A DNA stretch of 64,000 nucleotides, from assembly GCA_002633005.1 (NCBI GenBank), contig NMRA01000378.1, positions 162,013-226,012 on the forward strand, given 5' to 3'. Source of the DNA: Phoronis australis. Lineage: Eukaryota > Animalia > Phoronida. The notes below the pieces were generated by a model. It ran no database searches, was not told where the DNA came from, and saw only the letters and a list, made by a program, of their open reading frames with translations. This document shows, piece by piece, positions 13,501-25,916 of the stretch; positions within the stretch are counted from its first letter, which is position 1, and each line of letters opens with the position of its first letter. The translations under genes were made by a program, and so were the position numbers.

Positions 13501-16500
13501 AAAAGATTTTTTATTTCCCGTTTTTAAGCCACTTTAAATCAACTTCGCTCACTGGCTCTTTTTGAACCAAAAATTTGCCTTCATGGGTCAAAATATTCAT
13601 GATGCTCTAACTTAAAAATAATGGCCCAAAAATTTCAAATCTAATATTTTGAACACATCCCACCAGGATGTATGTTACACACAATTTTTTCAAGATCAGA
13701 GTCGGTGACCCTAGAGTCGACCTTTTGGTGCTCTCGTGGAATGACAGTTAATCTGGCATAGAAACCTACCTAGAGGATTAATCAAACATTTCTAGCAGCC
13801 TTTTGAGACGTATCCCAAAGTTTTCATTTAAAGAAGGTTTCATCAAAATCGACTGAAAGGTATTTGTGCTATGATTAGGTAAACACTAAAAAACCATGAA
13901 AGCGAACGCAAGAGTGAGGCCGAACAAACCTCCAGCAGCATAATGCCTCTATTTCATGGTTTCCTAACTCGATGGACCTGTAGAAATTCTCTGAGCCATT
14001 CTGAAAACCCGAGTTAATGTTGGATCAGTCAAAACTTTCATTCTGTAATCGTGACAACAGCCTGCCACGGGTACTTGCAAAACTACGGAGGTTTTAAATG
14101 ACGGAAATTTTATCAACTATTGGTATAACTGAAAAATATGAACCACCTTTATTTATCTTACTGAGGACTGTTTGAAAATTAGTTGCGAACTTTTGAGGCA
14201 CGCCGTACATTGCACACGTGGCATATGTCTGCATGGTTTATATGTACTTTCGCGACAATTATCTCTTAGAGCCTTAAATTTCTCTTAGTATATGTGAGAG
14301 TAGGATTTGGAGGGAACTTTGTTGCACAGACCGGCATTGTAGCATGCCAGTGGCGGATCTAAGATATCAAAAGGGGGGCCCAACATTTTGTCTCGGACAA
14401 TCGCGCAAAGCACGATTGCATGCGCGCACCCAGTCTAAAAGATATGGGGGCTCGAATTTTTGAGGATTTGAACCTTCTACTTAAAACAAATGGAGGACTA
14501 AAAAAACGCGAAAATGATTGCATCGACGGTCTGTATCGGACACTTGCAATCGGGTCTGAACCATCACCCCCCACCCCTCAGCCGCATGGTAGTTACCGGG
14601 ATTAATTGTTCACTCAATGGGAGTAGGGGGAGGGGCCACTGCCCTCCCTAACTCCGCCTATGCATGCCGTCAGATTACATGTACGCGTATCATCTCATAT
14701 ATTAAAAATACTATCTGGTACGTGGTCAAGAACNTGTACTTTCGCGACAATTATCTCTTAGAGCCTTAAATTTCTCTTAGCATATGTGAGAGTAGGATTT
14801 GGAGGGAACTTTGTTGCACAGGCCGGCATTGTAGCATGCCAGTGGCGGATCTAAGATATCAAAAGGGGGGCCCAACATTTTGTCTCGGACAATCGCGCAA
14901 CAAAGCACGATTGCATGCGCGCACCCAGTCTAAAAGATATGGGGCTCGAATTTTTGAGGATTTGAACCTTCTACTTAAAACAAATGGAGGACTAAAAAAA
15001 CGCAAATGATTGCATCGACGGTCTGTATCGGACACTTGCAATCGGGTCTGAACCATCACCCCCCACCCCTCAGCCGCATGGTAGTTACCGGGATTAATTG
15101 TTCACTCAATGGGAGTAGGGGGAGGGGCCACTGCCCTCCCTAACTCCGGCTATGCATGCAGTCAGATTACATGTACGCGTATCATCTCCGATATAATAAA
15201 AATACTATCTGGTACGTGGTCAAGAACACCAAAATCCGAGCGTCTCTGTGCTTGTGGTGCAGTTCAAGCTGAACAGCAAGTACTTGTCGAATGCCCTTTG
15301 TTCAGAATATTATACATGTATTTACTTTACCCATTGCCCATTACACATCTTCAAGCAATAAGTTAACTTCTCCAGACGCCGATCACAAATTTGCAATAGC
15401 CAGTTATGTGCACTATGGAGACCAAAGCCGACTTTCTTGATATAAGTGAGTATTATTAAATCTCCTAGCCCCAATCCGTATACAATGAATTTTTTCTGTA
15501 TTTGGTTTTAGACCAGAAAACTTCATTCGTACCCACAGTCACACTCAAGTAGAATGTCGAAGAAATAAATCCACCTGTCAGAAAATATTGACGTAGGAAA
15601 AATGAATGCTTTCCACAGCATTTAATGAGAAATCTAAGCAAAATCATTTTCACTCTGTTCAATCCAAAGATCACCAAGGTGACTGGTGCAGCATTCAGCA
15701 TGCGGCCATCCAGCCTAAAAAATGGGGGTCTCGAATTTTTGAGAATGTTGACCTTTTAATAAGATTCTCGGAGAACGTTCAGAGCTATGAATCGTGCATT
15801 CGCCGAATTTCGGTAGTTCATGCTTTTTAGTGGACTTTCGTCTCGTTTTCTACTTTTTTCGGAGTTTTTGCTTCCCTGAGACGGACCTTTTTTGCACACT
15901 TCGCCAAATTGGAGCGCTCGTTCGAGCCCCCCTTAGGTGCGCGCATGTGGACGGTTGTTATATTTTTCATCGCTTTATTTTATTTGAAATCGTGTTGCTG
16001 TTATTTTGCTAACCAGATGCATCATGTTATGTTATGTTCTGATTGGTGGTGTCAATAATTTGTTTTTAACTCCTTATTTAGTTATCTTCTTTCTCAACCT
16101 GTACATGTCCACTTGTGTCTATTTAAATTCTTTATGGACACAGGTCACTGGAAATCGATGAACACCGTATACATGTGCATACATGTATGCAGGTTTAAGA
16201 AACGGGGTGAAATTACCCAGATGGTGATAAAAACTTGATAACTGGCACATTAGCAATTTAGAGGATGTTTATCATTTTAGCAGGGGTTGCCAAAGTTTCT
16301 TAGTAGCGGTTACTATTAAATCGCCTCACCATAGTAACTAAACATACGCAGCAACGTGCATGGCTGCAAAGCTTGTTATTCAATCGCATGGAATTTTCTG
16401 CCTTTCAGAATTGATGATTTCAGTTAATCCTTCGAAAATGATTTCCATTTAACAGTGCTTCCTACTGTAGTTAAATGTGTGCATAAACACGTTTTAGTTT

Positions 16501-19500
16501 CTACTGAATCTATCTAATCGTAGTTTTTGTAAAACCTTTCACTAATGGTTATTTTGAGTTGGATGTACTAGAAATTGGGCTGTAGCCTAGTGTGCAGTAG
16601 TAGCTGTTGCTACAGTAGGCAATTCCTTGTCATAGGAACCACTAACAATAACGAAACAGAATGTAATATCAGTAAATGTTCCAAATCATTGTGACACGAA
16701 CTTAAGTCATATTTATTCGTTTACTGAAACGTTTTCATACTTAAGTGTACATTTATATTCATTGGGTCACGTGATGTGGCCAACAGGTGGCATGCAGACA
16801 GACCTTAACGTGTTTGCAATATGCACAAAAATGGCAAAACTTCGGCTACATTTGGATGATTATTTAACCAAGCAGGCTACATGACATGTAAGAATTTCGC
16901 GTGAATTTATGCTACTTAAAAGTCTATAATGGGTGTGATTTGGACATGTTCTTCAAGGACGAACACCCTTCACACACTAACTCCATCTCTCTTTGCCTAT
17001 GCAACATTCAGTACTGCAAGCAAACTGTTCACAATGTTGTTATTTTGGCAATGTCAGCTGTACAACCGCTAGTGCACATTCAGCTGTGAACTGAGTTTGA
17101 CACTATATAAAAAGTCTATAACGTTCCAATTCGAGAGATGTCGCAACTCTCAGTAGTCCTTGAAAGTCCCAGGCGTTTCCCACTGTCCACGCTTTCCAGG
17201 AGGCGACACCATGTCACTGGTAGGTCCAGTTAGAAAGAGGATGGTTTCGAGCACTTGGGATGCACATACATGTAACGAACACCAGCATCCTTTTGAAAAT
17301 TATTGTAGTGTCATTCTCAGCAGCATCACTCAAAGCGAATTTCGATAAACAGGAGCCAATTTCAGTTCGTGACGCGTTGTCATTGACGTATTACTTGTCG
17401 CAAGCCTCTTCTTAGACTCAGAGCTGTGGATTTTTAATGAATCAAGCCTCTAACGTAGTTTTGGAACAAAATTTGCTTATCGTTGATGCATGTTTTGCGA
17501 CAGTGGTGCTGCTGTCATTGTGATAGGCGAGAAATCCACATTACAGTCGCGATGTCCCCTGGCGGGAAAATTTCTCTAGTTGTTCCCGGGGGCTTGCACA
17601 CGAGCGAGGCCACAAAAACGATATTTTATTCCTGCTGGGATACTGCGAATGGACGAGATGAAACACATTAGTAAATGGTATTGTTATAAACACAAAAACT
17701 ATCGTGATTCACAATCATGTCCTTGTGTGTTTCCCATTTCACGTGAAAATCGAATTTTGTTCTCGTCCATGAGACCTTGTCATGCAGCTTCCAAAAAGAA
17801 CTTGCTCAAAAAATAATGCGACGTTTTAAGAAACAACTTATTGTTACATATGGTCTAATGTACAAAAGAACGATTTGTGAACAAGAGTGTAAATGAATAG
17901 AAGATGACGATGAAAGTGATAGGTGGCATCTGCCCTGCTAACTCCGACATCATCTCGGTAGGACATCCGTTCGAATGCTGCGATGATCCCAAACTTCATC
18001 CGTTCTCGTTGCATCCAATCTGACCTATCTGTCAAACCGTTTTGCTGTCTTATCGTTCAAGCTATTGCATCTGTATCATTTTTAAAAATTCTGAAACGAA
18101 ATGAGTGGTTATTAGTGCTAGTACTGTACATGGGTGAAAGTGGAGTTCAACACCTTTCCCAGCCTTGAAGCTGCATCCGGGAACCATGAGCCACGAACGG
18201 CCTCTAGATTACAACACTAACACGTACATGCACGAATTTAGTTCCGTCTATACAAAGCGAGAGTGAATTCTACGGACAATTTTCAGAATTATTGAAAATA
18301 TATACTGTAGGGGTCTTTTCAAGTAACGTCCCTAATTTAAGGATTAAGTCCTTATTTATTTTCATTGAGCTAAGGGCTCGTTTTTTACTTACATTATTAG
18401 AAGATAAAGTGATAGGAAAGATAACATCTGTGTGCAAAGATCCACGCAAGTAAGCAAAAGATTTAAGGAACTTTATAGCTGAGTCCCTACATGGGACTGT
18501 TTCATGTAACCAGACACAAAAATCGTTTTCGCATTATATCCACTGGCAGGTTCTCAATCACTCCCTTGCACGCATTCATTAGTGACACCGAGCTAAAATG
18601 TGTAGGAGAAATCCATTGTACCAGTATTTGTACAATGCTCGACTGTCAGCTGGAAAAGCCAGGACTCGAACCCGGTTTTCCCAAAGGTGAGTCCGTAGCA
18701 CACACCACTGCGCTATATACCGTCTCCTCGCCTCTCGTTACGTATCAGTATTTCTTATTTTGTGATTTGGTACAAAATGCAGAATTTCAATACATTTTAG
18801 TTAATTTCAGTAAAATTTTGCCAGTTAAGATGATCTTCGTCCGGTAATTCCACTATTTGCAATGATGACGAAGTACTAATGCATATACCAGATATACCAG
18901 ACAAAAACTCATAGTTACATGTACCTGTCAGAATAAATTTTGAAAGAATTATAAAAATGGGGATCAGGTTAAAGGAAAGAACCCAAGTCAAATTTCAGTT
19001 GGCCATACTTCGAGACAACGGCCTTTGGAGATCTTGAATTGAGATCTGAATGCGACCCCTGGGCTTGACCAGCAATGGAATCGACCGTCATTCGAGAAAC
19101 TCGCTTGGTATTTAGCTACAGTAAGTATAGAAACGATGATGGAAATAGTATCCAGATGATGGCGAACCGAACACAAATTGGACGTCGGGATAACCGAATT
19201 ATCTTCCGTCAAACGTCGGAATAATTTGTGTACCCCACATTTTTGTAATTTAGTAGGGGTCGTCTCTATGTCATTTTAAATTTGGCTTTTTTATTTCAAA
19301 TTTTGAAATTTTGTTTTGTGACCTTTTCCTACTAGAAATCTGCAAAACAAAGTGGGGAGCACCAATCGTGTGTTACAGCTGCCTAATAAACACGGGCACC
19401 TCTTGCAATCTGTGAAATTTACATGAGTTACTGAAAGCCATTGTTGACTTCTTATTAAATCCATGATTCAAATCTTTTTGAAAACGGATTAATTTCGTTG

Positions 19501-22500
19501 CAAGATGACAGATTTACATGTATGTTTTCACGGATCTGCTCATTCTGGTTCACTGGTCTTCTTACGTCACCGTAAGTAAGCTCATTTTTCTGGTTCTGAT
19601 TATCTCAAATTCGAGCGTTTTGCATCTGAACAAAAGATCGCACCCTTAAAAGTGTTCACCAGGTATTTTTGCGTTGATGTAAAAGCATCTGTCAACTGCT
19701 CAATACTTGGTCAATTTTTCCCTGGGGGCAAAGCACGTCACCTTATTGGATATGGCATGATGACATATATAACACATAAAAAACTATTTGGAAAATGTGG
19801 CGTTTGATCTTTGACAAAAACAAAACAATTGCATTTTTTCACCTGCAGCCAGTCCGACGTCTTTGATCGCATGCGCAAATACATATGTTATTAGGACCGC
19901 AGAATTTGAAAACTGCATTGGAATGTAAGACTTTATATTTTGTCTGTGTTTCAAAAACTGCATCTCCAGTGACGATTTTTCTAGAAATTCTTGCAATATT
20001 TAATGTGAAAAACTCTAGGGTTAACATCCCCAAGAAGCAAATTCGCCACGGTCTGTTTAAAAGTTATTTGAACAGAATTTCTAAAGCCGTTTTACCTCAA
20101 CAGTGTAATGTATGAACGCAGAAATGATGAAAAATCATCAGATGTCTAACGAAATAATCCGATATTTAAAATAAAAATATCATTAAGTGAATAAGACAAT
20201 GTCGTAAAACAACGTCAGCTTTACGGCATTTTGGCGACCTTTGTTGAGCATGTTGAAATAGCGCACAATACAGGCTTGCGTTCAGTAGACGCTAGGACCT
20301 ACGCTAGGACCTAGCCAAAGGCTAGTCAAGGTCATGTGCTCTTATTTAAAATACACGCCAATATCTCGCGTAATCTCGCAAAGTCTTGCTTTTAAGCTAG
20401 GTCCCTAGCGTTACTGAACGGGAGGCAGGAATCTACGGTTTTGTCGGCCATCTTGAATATGTAATTAGGCAGAGCAAACAAACCAATTTGCGTGGTTTCC
20501 AATGCAAATGGACAGGGGCCTAAAGGAATTTTAAAGCCAATATTTGTAGAAAATTATGTCACTCCCAGCACATTCAAGATTGTCTCAAATACATTTTTCT
20601 TTATGAGAAACTCCTATGCTAAATTTTGGAGCGCACTCTAAAATGGCGATTTTGTCGGTAAAAAATCGTCAACTTACTAGGCCAGACAAGTTTTCACAGT
20701 TTGTCAGTATTGATGATGATAGTTATTCTTACATTTGAAGCCTCAATACCCTCAAAATCGCACACATTCACAATACATATCACTCTTCAGCATGTATGTA
20801 GCCCAGCGACGCCGAGATCCGACGTACATGTACATGTACAGTATAGGATTAGTTAATTTCACGAACAATCTGCTTTCCGTTACTCGATCCCGTTATACAC
20901 GGCTGATTTACATGTACTTGGTTCTCCGTGCGAGTGCGCAATTAAATTGCTAAATGTCCTGAAACAACGACTGTTTTACGTCTGTTTGGCAAACTATGTA
21001 GTACCTCTTAAATTGTTATTTAATATTTGGCCCACTTTTTTCTCTTTCCAGAATCCGGGCTCAAAATCGAAAATAATTTTAACACTTTCGTTTTCCTTGG
21101 ACTTTTTGGTATTATAGACCGTGTATAATGATTTTATAACACAAAATAGAACGAAATAAGAACTTATTTTGAGAAATATTTGAGAAGTCTTGAATTTTAA
21201 AGAGAATTTAATGACTTTTTGGTTTCCCACCACCGTGGAAGTTGTTGATCAGTTGCCAGTACAAGTACTGTACCACGTATACAACTGTACTGTACAGTAT
21301 ATGCAATGGTGGAGAAAGATTTTGGTATTAAGTTAAGAAGACTTAGAGCGTGAAATTGACAAGTATTATGAAGACAGGCATGGAGATGGGAAAGAAGGCG
21401 ACACTCAGGCCATAGGTGATCAGGTAATGAGTTGGACCTCGCCATATCGGCACACCGTACGAACTCGAACCTCCCACACCGGCGTCTTCGACGAGTGAAG
21501 CCGAGTCGGAGTCTACTTAGCCTGTGGGCAGTCCTGATTCAAAATGGTAATTAAATGATCACGAATTAGCTTTCTAACCACTTTAATGTCTAGTATTATA
21601 TGCCTCGAATCGCAAATCTAACCTCAAATTTTACCTTGATTGTCAAAGCCCTGTAGCGAATACCGGTCACTGATTTCATTTCTTCGAATGCCTAGTGCGT
21701 TTTTCAGTAACGATTATGTCTAATTGTGTGATGATGCTAACTGGGTTTTATTTTTGGTAAATGATAATTGTTTCCGTCTTCTGTGCTCCAAAATTATAAA
21801 AACTTTGTATCGTTGTAGTTCGTCGATTAATTCGGTCTACTGTTCGACTCCAGCCGCTGTGTGGGCTGTGATCGTGACCTCAAACTATTTGAGTGTCATC
21901 TACAGTGTAGGCCTACATCCCGTTTTCTACTGTTGGACATTGACGTTTATGTGGATAGAAAGCCTTTTCAGAAAATCTGAAAAAGAATAGACTGTTGGAA
22001 ACTTACTGCAATCACAGTCAGGCACAATTTGATGCTGAGGCTCATACTCTTGTGAGTGCCTGACAACTACATGCACATTCCAGCAATACAGTTTTTCTCC
22101 ATCAATGAAGTTACAGGCTGGGTAAATCTTCTTCAAAGATCCGTTTGTGCGACGGATCGAAGCACGATTCGTCAAAATACGGTGACCACAGCATGGCCCC
22201 TGAACTGATCGCTTGCTTCACCGTGTAGACTACTCTCGTATGTGTTTCCGAAGCACTTCTGGGTGAACTTAGGGTCTTTTGGAAACGCAAAGACTGAAAT
22301 GCTATCTGTCCGATTACTATTACTGTATTCTCCGCGCATGCAACGTTTCATGATACTCAGTCGGACTCAGTTTTCGAAACAACTACGGCTCGAGGCTGGT
22401 GTAGAAAAGCACAACGGCGGAGTCCGGATCCACTGATGACACGTCACAGATTTTTTAATTTTTGCGTTTTTAAAGTACACAAATTGAAGATGAAATACTT

Positions 22501-25049
22501 AAAATATCATATCAGAATGATTGGTAACCGAATTCAAGTATTTATGACCATGATGTGAAGCGTTTAATATGAAGTCAGCACAGTCAATTGTTATTGTGTG
22601 CTTGAGAGTAACTTGAATTACACAAGTGAGTGTACTTATGTAGTTCAGATTCGCACTCGATGACCCCTAGATTTGGGCCACAAACTCGAATAAAGCCTCA
22701 AAATTTTGAGTAAAAACTCGAGATTTTGATTTCAGGGAGAAATCGGTCATCCACATAAGCCGTAATTACGCGAGTCTGGAATATACTCAACTGGAATGGG
22801 GTATGTTTAAAACGATTTCGACTAATCACACGCCAAGCGCGGCTACATTTCTACGATTCTACTGAATGCTTTCATCTAAACCGTAAATGCAGGGAGCTTT
22901 CTCTCCAAAAGCAACCACAGCCACCAGCACCACCATCACTTAGCTACGACGGCTTTTGCATTTGGTAACAGTTTTCAAAATTAAAAGGTGTTGCATCGGT
23001 GAAAACGTTTGCTAAAGAAGTTTGTCTGTAGTAAAGCGCTTCACAATCAACATTGTGCGCCATCTAAGCTAGCACAACCGAAGACTGAACGCGGAAAGAA
23101 GAAAACTATTCATGGGCGGGAAGCGATCTGTAGTTCGCGAAAACAAACGAAAAGTATTCGGAGAGGAAGACACTCCTTGTCAAGGCTCACAACGATTACA
23201 CGTACAGGTATACTCTCAGATATTGTTACGAGAAATGTTAATTTACCTTCGTAAGAGATTCGCCCATCTCCGTTGACGTCGGCTACAGCCAGCATTTCAT
23301 CTACGTCCTCGGACGACATTCTGTCGCCGTAGTTCATCATTACATATTTCAGTTCTCGGTTCGTGATGTAACCGCTATTGTTGTTGTCAAATACTCGGAA
23401 TGCATCTTTGATTTCGTACTCTACGTCAAAGTTTTTCATTTTCTTCGTCATCATGTGCAGGAATTCTGGGAAATCTATCTCGCCGTTTCCTGGAATAGAA
23501 TGGTATTGCACCTTATTTCACGTGTTTTAGGCATTTTGTCTGTAACGCAGCAGAAGTAAAAAGGTAGAATATACCTTAACATGAGCGAGCCGTTGTTAAG
23601 ATGTTCTTTATTTAAATGATAAGTGGTTTCCAGTCTTGCTAAGTGCAGGCTGGCTTAAGACCATCGCGCTAAGAGTGACCCGCCGTGAAAAGCCATCAGG
23701 TTGAGACCCCGGTTTCAAGCAGCAACGCGTTGTCACAGTGCTTTACAAGCCTAGAAATTGTATGTAAATTGAATGCGAAACAAGTTCAGACGGACTTTAA
23801 GGCGAGTTCTTATCAGCTTTGTATACTGTGATGCGAACTGATAGGTAGATTACGTTTTAATCAACAGTGCAACTGTTTCACTTTCACTTCACGTCAAGCA
23901 CTTTGCCTTGTCCCTGTGAACATCACTAATAGGGATTTTGAAAAATGAAATGCACGTACATGTATTCTCGGTCAACGTAAGCGTGATGTTTTTAACGTAT
24001 CTCACACTTTAACTAAATGTTCCTCTCGCGGAGCCTCGTCCCATGACGAGGGCTTTTTTAAATAGACTACGAAAAAGTTGTACGTGGAGCTCACGTGTAC
24101 CAATAACCATATGATATCATTGAGGCAGAAATGTCGTTTTACGCTCCTACTTGCTAAAACAATGTTTAGCCATTTAATTATGAGCGTCACTGTCTAGAAA
24201 TACTTTATCGAAATCATCTAAGTAACTAGCAGTTATGTGCATATACACAGAGACTTTTCACATTTGCTCTAGTGGTGTTTATAACTGTATGGAGCGTAAA
24301 ACAAAATTTCCGACTTTAATCTTATCGTTACTTTTCATTTTACAGAACCCAGTGCCCGGTTGCACGAAACAGTCCCAAATAGGCACTCAACCAAGTTCCC
24401 TAAAACTACTGCGTATTTATGTACTTGTGAAAACACTGATTTTCCTTTCTTCTGCTGTTTTAGTTCCATTACTTAGTCAACTTTTGCTTTGATACAAATC
24501 GAGAGTGAATTCAACATTGAATTCACAATATTGATGACACTATTTAGGGATCTCTTCATGTAACGCTACTAACTTAAGGACTAAGTCCTATTTTTTCAAT
24601 AAATTGAGAGCTCAGTTTCTTGTTATTTTATTAGAAATTGTCACAAGTCAATGAGGAGGTCACAATAAAGATGAAATGATAGAAAAAGATTACCTTTGGG
24701 TGTAAATAAAGACACAGATAGGCAAAACCTTTAGGGAACTTAGTTGAGTCCCTATTTGGGACGGTTTCATGCAACCCAGCACCTGTTCCCCTCAGATTTC
24801 CACGCTACCAGCCAGTTTACGTCGGGTGAATTATAAGTAGCAAACCAAAAGCTGTAGCATTCTCAGTAGTTTATAACGGATGATTGCACCGTGATGGCGG
24901 AGCCTGAACTGACCGTCTTCGTCGACTTCATCCACCATTTCTCGAAGTTCCTTCTCTGTAGGGTTTTGTCCGAGTGCCTTTAACACAGCGCCCAACTCAT
25001 GTATGCTAACCGTTCCACTGCCGTCCTTGTCAAACATGTGAAATACGTC
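7527..25049 (-). CDS. Calmodulin-like 4-EF-hand protein, 5'-partial; exons 25049-24914, 23489-23247, probable terminal exon 7561-7527
   Basis: Spliced translation [141 protein letters not shown] sites are tttctag|GAC, G|gtcagt, ttccag|GA and G|gtaaat. The phase-1 introns fall at the positions conserved in animal calmodulin genes. The two internal exons are firm; the last exon is less certain and the first was not found. Confidence 0.85.
10434..10545. repeat. (TA)n/(TATGTG)n microsatellite
   Basis: Visible directly; contains an N at 10448. Confidence 0.95.
12881..12925 (-). ncRNA. Degenerate minimal hammerhead-ribozyme-like motif (Penelope-type)
   Basis: Minus strand reads TGTAC-CTGAGGA-AGAC..ATC-GAAA-CG-TC-GTTTACA. 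Confidence 0.4.
14243..15227. repeat. About 490-bp tandem duplication (14243-14733 / 14735-15227) split by a single N
   Basis: Near-identical copies joined at n14734; contains a small TIR element CAGTGGCGGA...TCCGCCTATG. Confidence 0.9.
15160..15330 (+). mobile_element. LINE ORF2 C-terminal remnant
   Basis: RL[HV]RVSS...[30 protein letters not shown] matches the RLRxSSHxLxIExGRWxRxP..RLCxC..ExHxLxxCP pattern. Confidence 0.7.
18658..18715 (-). mobile_element. tRNA-derived SINE head
   Basis: A box TAGCGCAGTGG and B box GGTTCGAGTCC at tRNA spacing; no clean cloverleaf. Confidence 0.5.
20278..20420. mobile_element. Small MITE-like inverted repeat
   Basis: CGTTCAGTAGACGCTAGGACCTA / TAGGTCCCTAGCGTTACTGAACG. 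Confidence 0.55.
22112..22351 (-). pseudogene. Degenerate THAP zinc-finger domain (P-element/THAP transposon relic)
   Basis: [28 protein letters not shown]...(frameshifts)...[15 protein letters not shown] matches the THAP pattern CxxxxCxN..SxFxFPKD..W..LCSxHFxxxCF. Confidence 0.65.
23247..23489 (-). CDS. Calmodulin-like exon (EF2-EF4), 243 nt
   Basis: [25 protein letters not shown] and [11 protein letters not shown] motifs; acceptor ttccag, donor GTAAAT. Confidence 0.92.
24352..24782. mobile_element. PIF/Harbinger-type MITE in calmodulin-like intron
   Basis: About 50-bp TIR GTGCCCGGTTGCACGAAACAGTCCCAAATAGG / CCTATTTGGGACGGTTTCATGCAACCCAGCAC. A partial family copy lies at about 18250-18515. 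Confidence 0.75.
24914..25049 (-). CDS. Calmodulin-like exon (EF1 and start of EF2), 136 nt
   Basis: [14 protein letters not shown] and [10 protein letters not shown] motifs. The in-frame TAG just upstream doubles as the splice acceptor. Donor GTCAGT at 24913. Confidence 0.9.
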
Positions 25050-25846
25050 CTAGAAACATTGTGAACATAGTACACTTGGTGTGGGATATAAATGGGCTTG
25101 ATACACTCATTTATAACCCAGTGTCATGTCAAAACATAACTTTTGATATTGGCAACTAACTCAGCTGTTATAAACTGGTTGCCTTACTTAAAAAGATGGC
25201 CCGATATATTGCCCTAGGGTGGTTCTCCACTAAAGCGAACCGTTCGTTCTTCAGAGAGCTCAAGTCTACCATTGGGACAAGGGGACTAGTGTTATAATGC
25301 TAAGATGACTGAAGTTATCTTTTGAGAGACTGTTCCAATCAAATAGCACGCCCAATATTTCCAAGGACTCAGACGATACACTATGACGAGTTTTCACTAC
25401 CGTGTGAACAGATCTTGCTAGGATTACTCCAAGTTCATTTCATCACTGTTACAACAGAGGTCAGGAGCCGTACAGATAGATACGGAAGCAAATTTGTTAC
25501 CCTAACATGCACTTCAAGTTTCGTTTACTGCACAACGGACCCAGAGGAGGGGATTAACGTGGAATTCGACTTACAGAACTTGTGTTGGACATGTAATTAG
25601 CTTTCGTGATTTGAAACGTGAAAACAAGTCCGTGGCCCCGCTTTTAAATCCCTGCTTCGATTCCCAAACCAGGAAAACCAAACACCAAACTCGCTGAGCA
25701 AAATGCAGCGATCGTGCCCCTGAACTCTACACATACCTGTTGGCCACTCTCCACACGTGGAATCCAAATTCCGGTCCGCACCATGGGAGCGGCATGAGAG
25801 TTTTATCCCTTTGTATGAAGTTTAAAAACCGGGGGTCTGTTGAGGA

Positions 25847-25916
25847 TGCAGTGTAGCCTAGTAGGATAAGGGTGGCTTTCTTTATTCTAGGTCGTGGGTT
25901 CAAGTCTCACAAAGGG
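25847..25916 (+). mobile_element. tRNA-derived SINE head / tRNA pseudogene
   Basis: A box TAGCCTAGTAGG and B box GGTTCAAGTCT; stems degenerate. Confidence 0.45.

Noticed and set aside
14243-15227. 490-bp tandem duplication as a biological event
   Set aside because: The copies abut a single N and differ by scattered SNPs and indels, typical of unmerged haplotype contig ends.
18238-18269. Alternative calmodulin-like last exon ([10 protein letters not shown])
   Set aside because: It lies in a copy of the Harbinger-type MITE family also seen at about 24495, so the match is probably coincidental.
25847-25916. Functional tRNA gene
   Set aside because: A and B boxes are present but the acceptor and anticodon stems do not pair; treated as a SINE head.
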